Part shown: positions 1 to 10,042 of the stretch, one piece after another | How the letters are laid out: every line of letters begins with the position of its first letter | Numbering within the stretch: the stretch's first letter is position 1 | Source: an uncultured Psychrobacter sp. | GTDB taxonomy: Bacteria; Pseudomonadota; Gammaproteobacteria; Pseudomonadales; Moraxellaceae | Direction: 5' to 3' | Assembly (NCBI GenBank): GCA_965534785.1 | Contig: CBETCF010000001.1 | Span: 1 to 32,791, forward strand | DNA length: 32,791 nucleotides | Program-made: the position numbers and the translations under genes | The notes under the pieces: generated by a model | Databases searched by the model: none | Told to the model about the DNA's origin: nothing | Seen by the model: the letters and a program-made list of their open reading frames with translations, nothing else

Positions 1-224
1 ATAATTCTTCCCCAGAATTCAAAAGGTTTTACTTTACCATTCCTTAAATATGATCTCGCAAGCATACCTGCCATAAAGTATCCGGAAACGACAAAAAAAA
101 CATCTACACCACCTGAAACCTTACTAAACCAAATATGATAAATCATAATAAGAATGGCGCCTATTGCACGTACTCCTTGGATATCGTTTCTATAGGTAGT
201 CTCTTTATATATGTTTATGTCCAT
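1..224 (-). CDS. Acyltransferase-3 (OafA/YrhL-like) membrane O-acyltransferase, N-terminal part; runs off the window's left edge
   Basis: Not in the ORF track. Manual translation from ATG at 224 gives MDINIYKETTYRNDIQGVRAIGAILIMIYHIWFSKVSGGVDVFFVVSGYFMAGMLARSYLRNGKVKPFEFWGRI..., with the family motifs YR-DI-GxRA...xH and GVDVFFVVSGY. AGGG Shine-Dalgarno-like sequence upstream. Confidence 0.88.
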   Translation of the reverse strand, partial: MDINIYKETTYRNDIQGVRAIGAILIMIYHIWFSKVSGGVDVFFVVSGYFMAGMLARSYLRNGKVKPFEFWGRI

Positions 225-384
225 TTGAAACCCTAGTTACTGCAAAAGAGTTGAGCTGAAAAGAAATCTGTAGCTTATATTCACTTATATTTATATTGTA
301 TAGCTTTTTCACTGCTTTTTTTGGAATAATTAAAAAAAGTAATAGCTATATCGTGAAGTCGGCGAACTACTAACTGACAGACAC

Positions 385-414
385 AAAAAAGCTGAGCAAT
401 TGCTCAGCTTTTTT
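385..414. terminator. Intrinsic terminator of rpoD (perfect palindrome, potentially bidirectional)
   Basis: AAAAAAGCTGAGCAA|TTGCTCAGCTTTTTT is a perfect 30-bp inverted repeat with A6/T6 tails, about 50 bp past the rpoD stop. Confidence 0.85.
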
Positions 415-462
415 AGATTTGCTTTTAGAGGCGTTTACACACGTTCAGCACTTTAGAATAAA

Positions 463-2385
463 TTAGTCATTCTCTAAGAACGAGCGTAAGTGCTCAGAAC
501 GGGAAGGATGACGTAATTTACGTAAGGCTTTGGCTTCGATCTGACGAATACGTTCACGCGTTACATCAAACTGCTTGCCGACTTCCTCTAAAGTATGGTC
601 GGTTGGCATATCGATACCAAAGCGCATTTTTAGCACGCGTGCTTCACGTTCGGTCAAGTTGCCAAGTACATCACGAGTCGCTTCGCGCAGACCAGCAGCT
701 GTTGCATCGTCAACAGGGCTTGAGATAGTACCATCTTCGATAAAATCGCCTAAGTGCGAGTCTTCATCATCACCGATAGGAGTCTCCATAGAGATAGGCT
801 CTTTGGCAATTTTTAGCACTTTACGGACTTTGACTTCGTCCATCTCTAAGCGTTCGCCTAATTCCTCAGGGGTTGGCTCACGGCCCATCTCTTGTAGCAA
901 TTGACGTGAGACACGGTTGATCTTGTTGATGGTCTCAATCATATGTACAGGGATACGAATAGTGCGCGCTTGGTCAGCGATAGAGCGAGTAATCGCCTGA
1001 CGAATCCACCAAGTGGCGTAGGTCGAAAACTTATAACCACGGCGATATTCAAACTTATCGACCGCTTTCATTAGGCCAATATTACCTTCTTGAATAAGAT
1101 CCAGGAACTGTAGACCACGGTTAGTGTACTTTTTGGCGATAGAGATAACCAGACGTAGGTTAGCTTCGACCATTTCTTTCTTGGCGCGACGTGCTTTGGC
1201 TTCACCAACTGCCATACGGCGTGCCACGTCTTTCATATCATGAATTTCCATGTCGAGCTTTTGCTCATAATCACGGATTTTACGTTGCAGTAGAATGACA
1301 TCATCAGTGACTTTTTCTAGCGTCTCGCTAAAGGCTGGCTTGCCTTTAAGGCGCTCAGTAAGCCAATCAACGTTAGTCTCATTACTTGGGAAAGTCTTAC
1401 GGAATTCAGAGCGCGGCATACGACCACGACGAATCACTAGACGCATGATCTGACGTTCTTGTTTACGGACGTCATCATAAACATCGTGCATAATCGCCAT
1501 AACTTGATCGGACATGCGATTATTAAGCTTAAGCATCATGAAACGCTCAGCTAGTAAGGCATAAGCGGCTTTAGCTTGTTCGCTACCACGGCCGTAATCA
1601 AGTAGCGCTTTTTTGGCGGTAATAAATAATCCTTCGATCTCTTCTACCCGTAGACGGACTTCTTCTGGATCAATACCGCCAGTTTCTTCTTCGACTTCTT
1701 CTTCAGCCGTATCAGCTTCGTCTTCGTCCTCTTCATCGTCATCATCTTTACTTTTGGCTTTAGCCTTAATGACAGGAGGATTCTCTTTTTCCTCGCGGGC
1801 CTTTTCTCTTAGTTCTTTAACTCTTTCTTTTTCTTCTTTAGCAGCTATACGATCCTCTTCTGTTTCAGGATCCAAAAAGCCAGTAATCACATCAGAGAGT
1901 TTCTTTTCGCCGTCTTGCACTTTTTGATACTCATCAAGCACAAACTGTACTGTACCTGGCCAATAAGACATCGCATGTTGCACATCACGAATACCTTCTT
2001 CGATGCGCTTGGCGATCGCAATCTCGCCTTCACGAGTCAATAGATCGACGGTACCCATTTCACGCATATACATACGGACAGGATCAGTAGTACGACCCGG
2101 TTCTGTTTCAACAGCGGCTAGTACCGCTGCCGCTTCATCAGCTGCGGATTCGTCATCACTTGATTCATCATTCATCAAGATATCATCAGCGTCAGGCGCG
2201 GACTCAAAAATCTTAATCCCGACGTCTGTCAACATCTGCACGATATCTTCGATCTGATCGCTTTCGGTAATGGAGTCGGGAAGCTGGTCATTCACCTCAG
2301 CATAGGTTAGATAACCTTGCTCTTTACCCATCTGAATCAAGGTGGCCAGTTGAGAGGTGGACTTAGATAATGACTTATCGTTCAT
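463..2385 (-). CDS. rpoD: RNA polymerase primary sigma factor sigma70
   Basis: Region 1.1 ([14 protein letters not shown]), 1.2 ([13 protein letters not shown]), acidic non-conserved region, region 2 ([12 protein letters not shown]...[39 protein letters not shown]) and region 4 HTH ([33 protein letters not shown]). Confidence 0.99.
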   Translation of the reverse strand: MNDKSLSKSTSQLATLIQMGKEQGYLTYAEVNDQLPDSITESDQIEDIVQMLTDVGIKIFESAPDADDILMNDESSDDESAADEAAAVLAAVETEPGRTTDPVRMYMREMGTVDLLTREGEIAIAKRIEEGIRDVQHAMSYWPGTVQFVLDEYQKVQDGEKKLSDVITGFLDPETEEDRIAAKEEKERVKELREKAREEKENPPVIKAKAKSKDDDDEEDEDEADTAEEEVEEETGGIDPEEVRLRVEEIEGLFITAKKALLDYGRGSEQAKAAYALLAERFMMLKLNNRMSDQVMAIMHDVYDDVRKQERQIMRLVIRRGRMPRSEFRKTFPSNETNVDWLTERLKGKPAFSETLEKVTDDVILLQRKIRDYEQKLDMEIHDMKDVARRMAVGEAKARRAKKEMVEANLRLVISIAKKYTNRGLQFLDLIQEGNIGLMKAVDKFEYRRGYKFSTYATWWIRQAITRSIADQARTIRIPVHMIETINKINRVSRQLLQEMGREPTPEELGERLEMDEVKVRKVLKIAKEPISMETPIGDDEDSHLGDFIEDGTISSPVDDATAAGLREATRDVLGNLTEREARVLKMRFGIDMPTDHTLEEVGKQFDVTRERIRQIEAKALRKLRHPSRSEHLRSFLEND

Positions 2386-2833
2386 AATTACTCGCTTGCA
2401 TCGGGCATTGTCATAACAGCTTTAGATAAAAAATTAATCACTCTGAGTAACTCAGTAGGCTTAATATTTACCGTCTATCATTATGGCAATGAGTTGATAT
2501 GAATAAGGGCTCAAAAACATCAATACTGCAATAAAAACTAGCAAAAACAACAAGACGAAAAAAGTATTAAAGCTAAGCTTTATATCTTGTTAACTTCCAG
2601 CTAGTCTAATCATCCAAAAGCTTAGCTAAAAAGCTTGATGTTAAAAATTTCACACTATAAAACTAAACAACCTAAAAAGGATCAAATAAATCAAATCAAG
2701 CTAATAGCGGCGTAGTTTAACACAGACGTTAGATATGAGACTATCAGCATTAACCGTAGCATAAAGACAAACGGTATTAACTGTCACGCGCTAAGCGCTG
2801 ATTTTAAATACTCATTAGGCATAATCATAGATG

Positions 2834-2862
2834 ATGGGGCCAGTAGCTATGATTTTAAAGGG
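2834..2862 (-). promoter_or_regulatory. Putative sigma32 (RpoH) heat-shock promoter for rpoD
   Basis: Minus strand reads CCCTTTAA-N15-CCCCAT, compared with the sigma32 consensus CCCTTGAA-N13..17-CCCCAT. It lies just past the dnaG stop and points to rpoD, which has a sigma32 promoter in E. coli. Confidence 0.65.
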
Positions 2863-2906
2863 CTTAGCTATTATAAATGTCACCTGCTAAAAATAATAAC
2901 GCAAAA

Positions 2907-5045
2907 TTAATTACTAACCATTTGCGCTGATTGTTCAGCTTGCTGCGCTCGCATCCAGTCATTGAGGTGTTGGGTCTGCTTTCTCACTATCGCCAATTTA
3001 ATATGATCAGGGTTTTTTATCAGCTCTTGCGTCTTTTTTTGCATGTGTAGTTTTATAAGCTGCATAGCCAAAGTCTCAATCAGCTCATCTAAGCTCAAGA
3101 TATTTCTGCTAGTTAACGTCTTATAAAAACTACCCCAACTACGACTTAAAGAGTCTTGAGTGACAGGTTTTAGGTTGGATAGAACGAAGTGCGCGGCAGC
3201 ATTAGCGTCTTTTGGTAGATATTTTGCGCAGCTTTTAATAGTGCTGACTACCTCTAATAGATCGCTATCTTGCAAATCTTCCCAAACTAAAGCGCGCCTC
3301 GCATCGCTTGAGGCCTTTTGCTCGATATGCGCGGGCAGTTTTAAGTTATTGAGTCCCGCTTGTTGCCAAATACTGTCAATAGGATCGTCAAGTAAAGCTT
3401 GCGGCTGAAATAAAAAGCACAGCTGTAATTGCTGGCTAATAGTCATCTCGCCATCGAAATCTAGCAACGCGTCTTTCGCTTCACTATTCTGACTACGTTT
3501 ACCACCCAGCTTTTGGTATATGTCATTATTGAGCAGGTAACGAAAGCTACTGCCTTTAGGCAGAGAGGTGGTTAGCGCTCGCACTTGCGACATAAGCTTA
3601 GCTTTACCTTCAGCCAAGCTCATATCATAGCGCTCGCTCAGATAAGCAAAGATATATTGCGACAAGGGCATGGCATTTTTTATTTGCTCACGCATAGCAT
3701 CACTACCCAAACTTTTTATAAAAGTATCGGGGTCATGATTATTAGGTAAGGTCAAAAACCTAAGCTCTTTGTCATCACCAAGTACCGGTAACGCAACTTC
3801 AAGGGTGCGCCAAGCCGCTTTTTGTCCAGCATTATCACCATCAAAGCTCAAGGTCAAAGTAGGGTTAAGGGTCAATAACCGTGAGATTTGACTCTCGTTG
3901 ATCGCGGTGCCCATGGAGGCAACTGCGCCATAAATCCCCGCTTGATAAAGGGCGATGACATCCATATAGCCTTCAACGACCAACCAATTGTCTGCGCGCT
4001 GCTGACGGGATTCATAGTAACCATACAGCACATGCTGCTTGTGAAAGACGGGTGAGTCTGATGAGTTGATATATTTAGGTTTTACTTCATCATCGAGGGC
4101 GCGACCGCCAAAACCGATAGTGCGTCCTTGGTTATCACGAATGGGGAAAATAACCCGATCGCGTAATAAATCATAATCTCGGCCTGAGTCAGATTGACGC
4201 ACTAGTCCCAACGCCTTTAAGCCTTCAATATCTTGCGGAAACTCATGCTCTAAATGTTGCCAACCAAAAGGCGCGTAACCCAAGCCAAAGGTTTCGATAC
4301 TTTGTTCACTGACGCCGCGAGCGCTAAAATAATGTTTGGCATGCGGATGAGTGGCCAAATTACGTTGATAGAACTGCTGAATCTGGGTTAATAGCTCATA
4401 GAGGTTACCGTCTTGCTCATTAGCATTGGTATTGTCTAATGGCAGCGAGTGCTCATCAATGCTATGCCATTCAGGCGGTTGGTTCTGATAATCGATAGAG
4501 TTGTAATCTGCGCTGTAGGGAATAGCGGCTGGCAACTGGCCAAAATCGTGACCATAAGGCTCTTGGCCATTATTGAAGGCATAGTCAGCATAATCATCGT
4601 GATAATCAGGTGGTGCTGATTCTGATAAGGATATCGACTGCGGCGTATCTGTGACTGAGGGCTGCTTCGAGGGTAACGTTGTTTGTTTTGGTCTGGCGAC
4701 AGGAGCGCTCGCTTTAGGCTTGCTACGCTGGTAGCTAACGTTTTTTTGCTCGTCTTTGGGTACTTCTATACCCGTTTGTTTAGAGAGCTCATCGACTGCC
4801 TCCATAAACGTCAGGTTTTCATAGTCGCGCAAAAAGCTAATGGCGTTACCACCGACACTACAGCCAAAGCAGTGATAAATATTCTTTTGTGGATTGACAT
4901 AGAATGACGGCGACTTCTCCCCATGAAACGGGCAGCAGCCTTTGTATTCAGAACCAGCGCGTTTAAGCGTAGTATGACGCCCAATAAGGCTAATCAAGTC
5001 AGCTTGGCTATTTAGTTGCTCAAGGATATGGTTCGGAATACTCAT
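2907..5045 (-). CDS. dnaG: DNA primase
   Basis: Zinc ribbon (CPFHGEKSPSF...YHCFGC), RDRVIFPI, GFGGR, KYINS and TOPRIM motifs (VVEGYMDVIAL, FDGDNAG, HDPD). Adjacent to rpoD. Confidence 0.98.
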   Translation of the reverse strand: MSIPNHILEQLNSQADLISLIGRHTTLKRAGSEYKGCCPFHGEKSPSFYVNPQKNIYHCFGCSVGGNAISFLRDYENLTFMEAVDELSKQTGIEVPKDEQKNVSYQRSKPKASAPVARPKQTTLPSKQPSVTDTPQSISLSESAPPDYHDDYADYAFNNGQEPYGHDFGQLPAAIPYSADYNSIDYQNQPPEWHSIDEHSLPLDNTNANEQDGNLYELLTQIQQFYQRNLATHPHAKHYFSARGVSEQSIETFGLGYAPFGWQHLEHEFPQDIEGLKALGLVRQSDSGRDYDLLRDRVIFPIRDNQGRTIGFGGRALDDEVKPKYINSSDSPVFHKQHVLYGYYESRQQRADNWLVVEGYMDVIALYQAGIYGAVASMGTAINESQISRLLTLNPTLTLSFDGDNAGQKAAWRTLEVALPVLGDDKELRFLTLPNNHDPDTFIKSLGSDAMREQIKNAMPLSQYIFAYLSERYDMSLAEGKAKLMSQVRALTTSLPKGSSFRYLLNNDIYQKLGGKRSQNSEAKDALLDFDGEMTISQQLQLCFLFQPQALLDDPIDSIWQQAGLNNLKLPAHIEQKASSDARRALVWEDLQDSDLLEVVSTIKSCAKYLPKDANAAAHFVLSNLKPVTQDSLSRSWGSFYKTLTSRNILSLDELIETLAMQLIKLHMQKKTQELIKNPDHIKLAIVRKQTQHLNDWMRAQQAEQSAQMVSN

Positions 5046-5108
5046 AAGGACAAATATTTTACCATAGACATTAAAAAATACTGACCTTTATTGAAAACAA
5101 TAAACCAA

Positions 5109-5143
5109 AATAAGGCCAACTATAGCGTTGGCCTTATTATTAT
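5109..5143 (-). terminator. Hairpin / probable terminator between bamD and dnaG
   Basis: AATAAGGCCAAC-tatagc-GTTGGCCTTATT forms a 12-bp perfect stem (5109-5138), with a short T run after it on the minus strand. Confidence 0.7.
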
Positions 5144-5186
5144 TCATCTGTGTTAATTATATTTAAGTGGTGCGTATTCGTATTAA

Positions 5187-6416
5187 CTATTCAGCTTCTT
5201 CTTCAACTATATCAGTATTGGCTGGCGTCAGGCGAATACGATCGCGACCGTCATCATTAGGTAGAGTAGTGCGGCGGGTAGGATTAACATTTTGCGGATC
5301 GACAGAGGCTTCTCTAGCCGCGGCGCTGGCACTACCTTGACCTGAGACTTGTTCAGTCGAGCTTTCAGGTAGCCCTAAACCGATATTAATGCCGCGATTA
5401 CGCTCGGTAGATATATTAGTCAAAGGAGCGTTTTGATCACTAGGCGCTGCTTGGTTTTCGCTAGGTAGTCGCAACTGCGTGGCACTGCGGATGACTTGCT
5501 CTTTGGTAGCACCAGTATATTGCCCCGTAGCCACAGAGGCTTCACTAACACCAGAGCGACCTAGCTTACCGAAGGTGACTTTATTCAGCCAATTACGATC
5601 ACGCTTGGCATTGAGCTTAACTCGACCATCATTAGTTAGCCAGTTTGGATAGTTGATCTGCAGCAAGGTTTGATAGTCTTGCGCCAAATCATTAAGACCC
5701 AACTGCTGATGAGAATATGTAAGAATAGCTAGCGCTTCAGGCACTGATTCGCTCAGAGGATAATATTGCACCACCCATTTAGCACGGTTAACGGCAGCGA
5801 CATACGCGGCGCGCTCGATATACCAATTAGCAGCTGTCAATTCACTCTCAGCAAATTGATTATAAATAAAGGTCATACGTTGAGCGGCATCAGGGGAGTA
5901 TGGGCTGCTTGGATACTTATTAATAAGCTCTTGAAAATTGGCAAAAGCAATGCGTAGATAAGAAGTGTCACGCTCAGCCTGATTCATCTTAAATAGCTTC
6001 AGGCCTTCAGAGGAGCCTTGCATATTAGCTACACCGCGCACGTAATAAGCATAGCTGACTTGTGGGTTTGAAGGATAAAGGCGAATAAATTGTTCAGCGC
6101 TAGCAGCGGCTAGCTCATAGCCACCATTTTCGTATTGAGCGTACATCAAATCGAGTAGCGCTTGCTCAGCATATTGTCCGGTAGGATAAAAAGTACGCAA
6201 ATTAGTCAAATCTTCGATAGCTTGGTTATAACGTCCTTTATCGATTTGGCTAACGGCATCACTATAATAAGCTTGTTCAGACTTCTCGGCCGTTTCAACG
6301 GCGTCTACATCTTTACCTGTGAGATTCTTAAAAGTCTGGCAGCCAACTAAGCTTACACTTAGAGAAAGCAAGGTTATTGAGGATAGTTTGATAAACGTGT
6401 TGCCTACAGGGCGCAT
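5187..6416 (-). CDS. bamD: Outer membrane protein assembly lipoprotein BamD (ComL) with long C-terminal extension
   Basis: Lipobox LVGC and TPR repeats (YPTGQYAEQALLDLMYAQY, FIRLYPSNPQVSYAYYVRG, YPSSPYSPDA, AYVAAVNRA). Divergent from rluD, which is the conserved synteny. Confidence 0.95.
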   Translation of the reverse strand: MRPVGNTFIKLSSITLLSLSVSLVGCQTFKNLTGKDVDAVETAEKSEQAYYSDAVSQIDKGRYNQAIEDLTNLRTFYPTGQYAEQALLDLMYAQYENGGYELAAASAEQFIRLYPSNPQVSYAYYVRGVANMQGSSEGLKLFKMNQAERDTSYLRIAFANFQELINKYPSSPYSPDAAQRMTFIYNQFAESELTAANWYIERAAYVAAVNRAKWVVQYYPLSESVPEALAILTYSHQQLGLNDLAQDYQTLLQINYPNWLTNDGRVKLNAKRDRNWLNKVTFGKLGRSGVSEASVATGQYTGATKEQVIRSATQLRLPSENQAAPSDQNAPLTNISTERNRGINIGLGLPESSTEQVSGQGSASAAAREASVDPQNVNPTRRTTLPNDDGRDRIRLTPANTDIVEEEAE

Positions 6417-6954
6417 ACTTCTCTCCGCACAAAATGCATCATAGCAGCGACGCTATCATGCTAAATAACAGGTTAATGATAAAAGACAGTAGTAGCACCA
6501 ATTGATAGGCTACTAGCAAAGTTCTGCCTACTTTATAGAATAATACAAGCTTCGTCTATTTTTTCACGGTTTATTTTCGCAAGCTAAGCGGCTTTACTCA
6601 AGATAATGCTGCTAAAATCAAAGCTTGCTATAATATTAATGAGAAGCTGGAAACGGCTACTGCGACAGTTTAGCATGAGCGGCGCTAATGGGCGATAATG
6701 AATGATGTGGCAATCGCTAAATATACAGTAAATTACGGCCACGTTATATTTCCGAGAGTTACCCAAAGCCTTGTAAACAACTTAATATCTGATAGATAAA
6801 TTAGCGACGCTGTACGGCTATAGCATTTGCCATGCTACAATACGGCAATCATTTAACGGGCATTTTATCTTGATAGTCTATAAACTTAGCTGTCAAATAA
6901 TTGTCTACATTTTAAAAAGCCCACTATGGTGACTTTACAACTACTGAATCCGCT

Positions 6955-8130
6955 ATGAATAATAACGCTACAAGCACAGATAAAACCTTGAGTCTTGATG
7001 CTGAGACGCTAAATGATAAAACGCTTGATGATCAAGCATCGTTAATAGGCTTCGACGATGAACTAAACGACGATGACATTGATGATAACGACATTGAAGA
7101 TGACGAAGATATTGATGATGAGCAAAGCGATGATAATCAGCAGCAGATAGCCGGTCAACCGGTGCCAGAAGTCATCAATGTCACGCATACAGTGACTGAA
7201 GACGAGTCTGGTCTACGCATCGATAAGCTTGCTTCTCAAGTCTTTACTGACTTCTCACGTGGGCAGCTGCAAGGTTGGATCGGCGATGGTAGTCTGTTAT
7301 GTAATGATAAAGTAGAGAAGCCTAAATATCGCTGCAAAACAGCCGATGTGCTGCATTTATCAACGACGTTACAGCAGCATAGTGCAGATCAGCCAGAAAA
7401 TATCGCTATCGATGTCGTGTATGAGGATGACGCGGTATTAGTCATCAATAAGCCTGTTGGTATGGTCGTTCATCCTGGAGCCGGCAATCAAACAGGCACC
7501 TTAGTCAATGCACTACTTTATCATTATCCGCAGCAGCATCATCTGCCGCGTGCAGGCCTTGTCCATCGCATCGATAAAGAGACTTCCGGCTTGCTATTAA
7601 TTGGCAAAACCAAGCCGGCGCAAATGGCGTTAATGGAGCAACTAAAAGATAAGAGCGTTTATCGGCATTATAAGTGCGTAGTGGCAGGGGATAAAGCCAG
7701 TCTGATGCGTCATCGCCGTATCGATGCACCAATCGGTCGCCATCGCAATCAGCGTACTAAGATGACGGTAATGACTGCCGGACGTGAAGCGGTCACCCAT
7801 TTATTAGAGATTACCTCGTTAAATGGTAATTACTGCTTATTGGATGTCGGTCTAGAGACTGGTCGCACGCACCAAATCCGAGTGCATTTGAGTCATATTA
7901 GCTATCCTATCGTTGGTGATCGTGTCTACGGTGGACGTCGTCAATTACGGGCTGGCTTGACAGAAGAGCAGCGCCAAGCTATCAGTAACTTCCCGCGTCA
8001 GGCGTTACATGCTTATACTTTGGGTTTCGTACACCCAACGACTGGCGAAGATATCGAAGTCACCACACCAATACCAGAAGATATGCAGCAGCTAATAGTG
8101 GCTTTAACCGACGATTATGATTTAGAATAA
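6955..8130 (+). CDS. rluD: 23S rRNA pseudouridine synthase RluD (RluA family with S4 domain)
   Basis: S4-like RIDKLASQVFTDFSRGQLQGWI; INKPVGMVVHPGAG; catalytic VHRIDKETSG; LETGRTHQIRVH; RQALHA. bamD/rluD/pgeF synteny. Confidence 0.95.
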   Translation: MNNNATSTDKTLSLDAETLNDKTLDDQASLIGFDDELNDDDIDDNDIEDDEDIDDEQSDDNQQQIAGQPVPEVINVTHTVTEDESGLRIDKLASQVFTDFSRGQLQGWIGDGSLLCNDKVEKPKYRCKTADVLHLSTTLQQHSADQPENIAIDVVYEDDAVLVINKPVGMVVHPGAGNQTGTLVNALLYHYPQQHHLPRAGLVHRIDKETSGLLLIGKTKPAQMALMEQLKDKSVYRHYKCVVAGDKASLMRHRRIDAPIGRHRNQRTKMTVMTAGREAVTHLLEITSLNGNYCLLDVGLETGRTHQIRVHLSHISYPIVGDRVYGGRRQLRAGLTEEQRQAISNFPRQALHAYTLGFVHPTTGEDIEVTTPIPEDMQQLIVALTDDYDLE

Positions 8131-8208
8131 TAATCTATAAGATAGCTTTCTTAGACAGTTTATTAAGCTAATTCCTATGCTAGTTTAACCTTATGTGAAG
8201 CGCAGAAT

Positions 8209-9267
8209 ATGACGGACAAGGCAGTTACTCTAGGCAAGCTACCAGTGCGATTAATCGCCGAGCTTGATGGTGTTTTTGTTTTTCAGAGCAAAGCTTTTGC
8301 TGAGAGTAATGATTTGCTTTTGGCCGAAAATCAGCAACAATTACAGCAGTTGCAAAAAGGTCAGACAAGTTATGGTGAGCTTAATTTAGGCTTGCATGTC
8401 GATGACGATAGCAAGCAGGTATTGATCAATCGTATGGATTTATTGAGTGCCATCAATGATCAGTTAAGCGTAAAGCAGTCAAAGGATAAACAATCAAGCA
8501 AGCAACAGTCAGTGATTCATAGCTTGCACTGGGTCAATCAAGTGCATGGTAAGCAAGTCAATGATATAGACGCGGTTGCTAGCAGCCAAACTTGTAATAA
8601 TAAGCTCGACATGTGCCCAATGGATGCCGATGCCATAATTAGTCAGCAGAATAACGTTGGTCTAGCTATTATGACCGCAGATTGTGTGCCTATCGTCTTA
8701 TATCAGCCTGCTACTGGGCAGATTGCAGCGATTCATGCGGGCTGGCAAGGCCTTGCTTGTGGAGTCATCAAAGCCACTGCTGAGCGTTTCGATAGTAATG
8801 AGCCTATCACGGCTTGGATAGGAGTGTGTATTAGTCAGGCTAATTATGAAGTAGACCAGCAGGTATTGGATAAATTATGGGCTGGCTGCGCTGACAATGA
8901 ATTGCTAGACGCGGCAACTCTCAATGACTTTGAACTATTGTTTAGCAAGCCTTCTAATACTGAAGTGCAGTTTAATAATAGCTACGAAAGTGATAATAAA
9001 ATTAATAATGATGTTTTACATAAGAGTATTGATAAATTATCAAATTACTCTACTCTAAGCACAGATAAAATATATTCAGAAAAAGTTAAGCTAAACTTAC
9101 CAAAGCTCGCTGCTGCCCAGCTAGAGAACTTAGCTATTGTTGTAGCAAATAATACTGCTATTGATTGTAGCTATGAGGATCCTAGTTATTATTCCTATCG
9201 TCGGCAGACGCATTTGCAGCAGCCTGCTACTGGGCGTATGGCCTTAATTATTGTCCGTAGTTGCTAG
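8209..9267 (+). CDS. pgeF: PgeF/YfiH-family protein (peptidoglycan editing factor / purine nucleoside phosphorylase-like, laccase domain)
   Basis: NLGLHVDDD, NQVHG, DADAIIS, TADCVPI, HAGWQG and YYSYRR...TGRM motifs. Directly downstream of rluD. Confidence 0.9.
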   Translation: MTDKAVTLGKLPVRLIAELDGVFVFQSKAFAESNDLLLAENQQQLQQLQKGQTSYGELNLGLHVDDDSKQVLINRMDLLSAINDQLSVKQSKDKQSSKQQSVIHSLHWVNQVHGKQVNDIDAVASSQTCNNKLDMCPMDADAIISQQNNVGLAIMTADCVPIVLYQPATGQIAAIHAGWQGLACGVIKATAERFDSNEPITAWIGVCISQANYEVDQQVLDKLWAGCADNELLDAATLNDFELLFSKPSNTEVQFNNSYESDNKINNDVLHKSIDKLSNYSTLSTDKIYSEKVKLNLPKLAAAQLENLAIVVANNTAIDCSYEDPSYYSYRRQTHLQQPATGRMALIIVRSC

Positions 9268-9315
9268 TGACGCTACCAAAAAACCTTATTCAATTTATTT
9301 ATTATTAGAGCTCGT

Positions 9316-9906
9316 ATGACTACATCTACAACTGATAAAAATCTCAATCTATCCATAGCTGTCATTTACCACAGTAATTATGGTCATACTAAGCGCGTTG
9401 CCGAAGCAGTGGTTACTGGCGCACGTGAACAGCTTGCTGACGCACAAGTCAAAGCCGTTGACGTTCATGATGTCGATTGGGATTTTTTGGATCAAGCGGA
9501 TTTATTGGTCTTTGGTAGTGCGGTATATATGGGTAGCGTCACCGCTGGCTTTAAAACCTTTATGGAGGAGACCTCAAAGCGCTGGTATAACCGAGTGTGG
9601 GAAGGGAAGTGGGCGGCCGCTTTTGCTAACTCAGGGGGACTGAGCGGCGATAAACTAGCGGTACTACAACAAATTAATCTCTATTGTATGCAGCACGGTA
9701 TGAACTGGATTGGCCTACCATTAATGCCGACCGGTCATGGCGATGAAGATCTAAACCGCTTATCCAGCTTCTTAGGCCTGATGACTCAGTCAGCGGATGG
9801 ACCGCCTGAGGTGACTCCTGGGAAAGGCGATATGGATACCGCCGTTTGGTTCGGTAATCATTTAGCAAAAACCATTATCAAACATCAACCTGCTAGCAAC
9901 CAATAA
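9316..9906 (+). CDS. WrbA-like flavodoxin family protein (FMN-dependent NAD(P)H oxidoreductase)
   Basis: IYHSNYGHT phosphate loop, FGSAVYMGSV, GKWAAAFANSGGLSGDK, QHGMNW. Confidence 0.85.
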   Translation: MTTSTTDKNLNLSIAVIYHSNYGHTKRVAEAVVTGAREQLADAQVKAVDVHDVDWDFLDQADLLVFGSAVYMGSVTAGFKTFMEETSKRWYNRVWEGKWAAAFANSGGLSGDKLAVLQQINLYCMQHGMNWIGLPLMPTGHGDEDLNRLSSFLGLMTQSADGPPEVTPGKGDMDTAVWFGNHLAKTIIKHQPASNQ

Positions 9907-9951
9907 CTTCGATTTGATTTGTTTACATTTCGCTTCATAAAGTAAAGCAGC

Positions 9952-9995
9952 AAGCAAAAGGGCAGATATCTAATCAATATCTGCCCTTTTGCTTT
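9952..9995. terminator. Intrinsic terminator between the flavodoxin gene and the convergent small ORF
   Basis: AAGCAAAAGGGCAGATAT-ctaatca-ATATCTGCCCTTTTGCTT forms an 18-bp perfect stem. Confidence 0.85.
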
Positions 9996-10042
9996 GTTAG
10001 GGATAAGAGCTTAATTAAGCTTAGTCGTTATAGCTAATATGA

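Noticed and set aside
575..2257. Plus-strand ORFs 575..904, 1613..1927 and 2003..2257
   Set aside because: Antisense shadows of rpoD; the Ser-rich runs mirror its acidic codons.
6500..6524. GAACTT as a sigmaE -35 element for bamD
   Set aside because: The nearest -10-like word (TCAAT) is only 13 bp away, not about 16.
3160..7732. Short ORFs inside dnaG, bamD and rluD, and 6584..6766 in the bamD-rluD spacer
   Set aside because: They overlap well-supported genes or lack an RBS and recognisable motifs.
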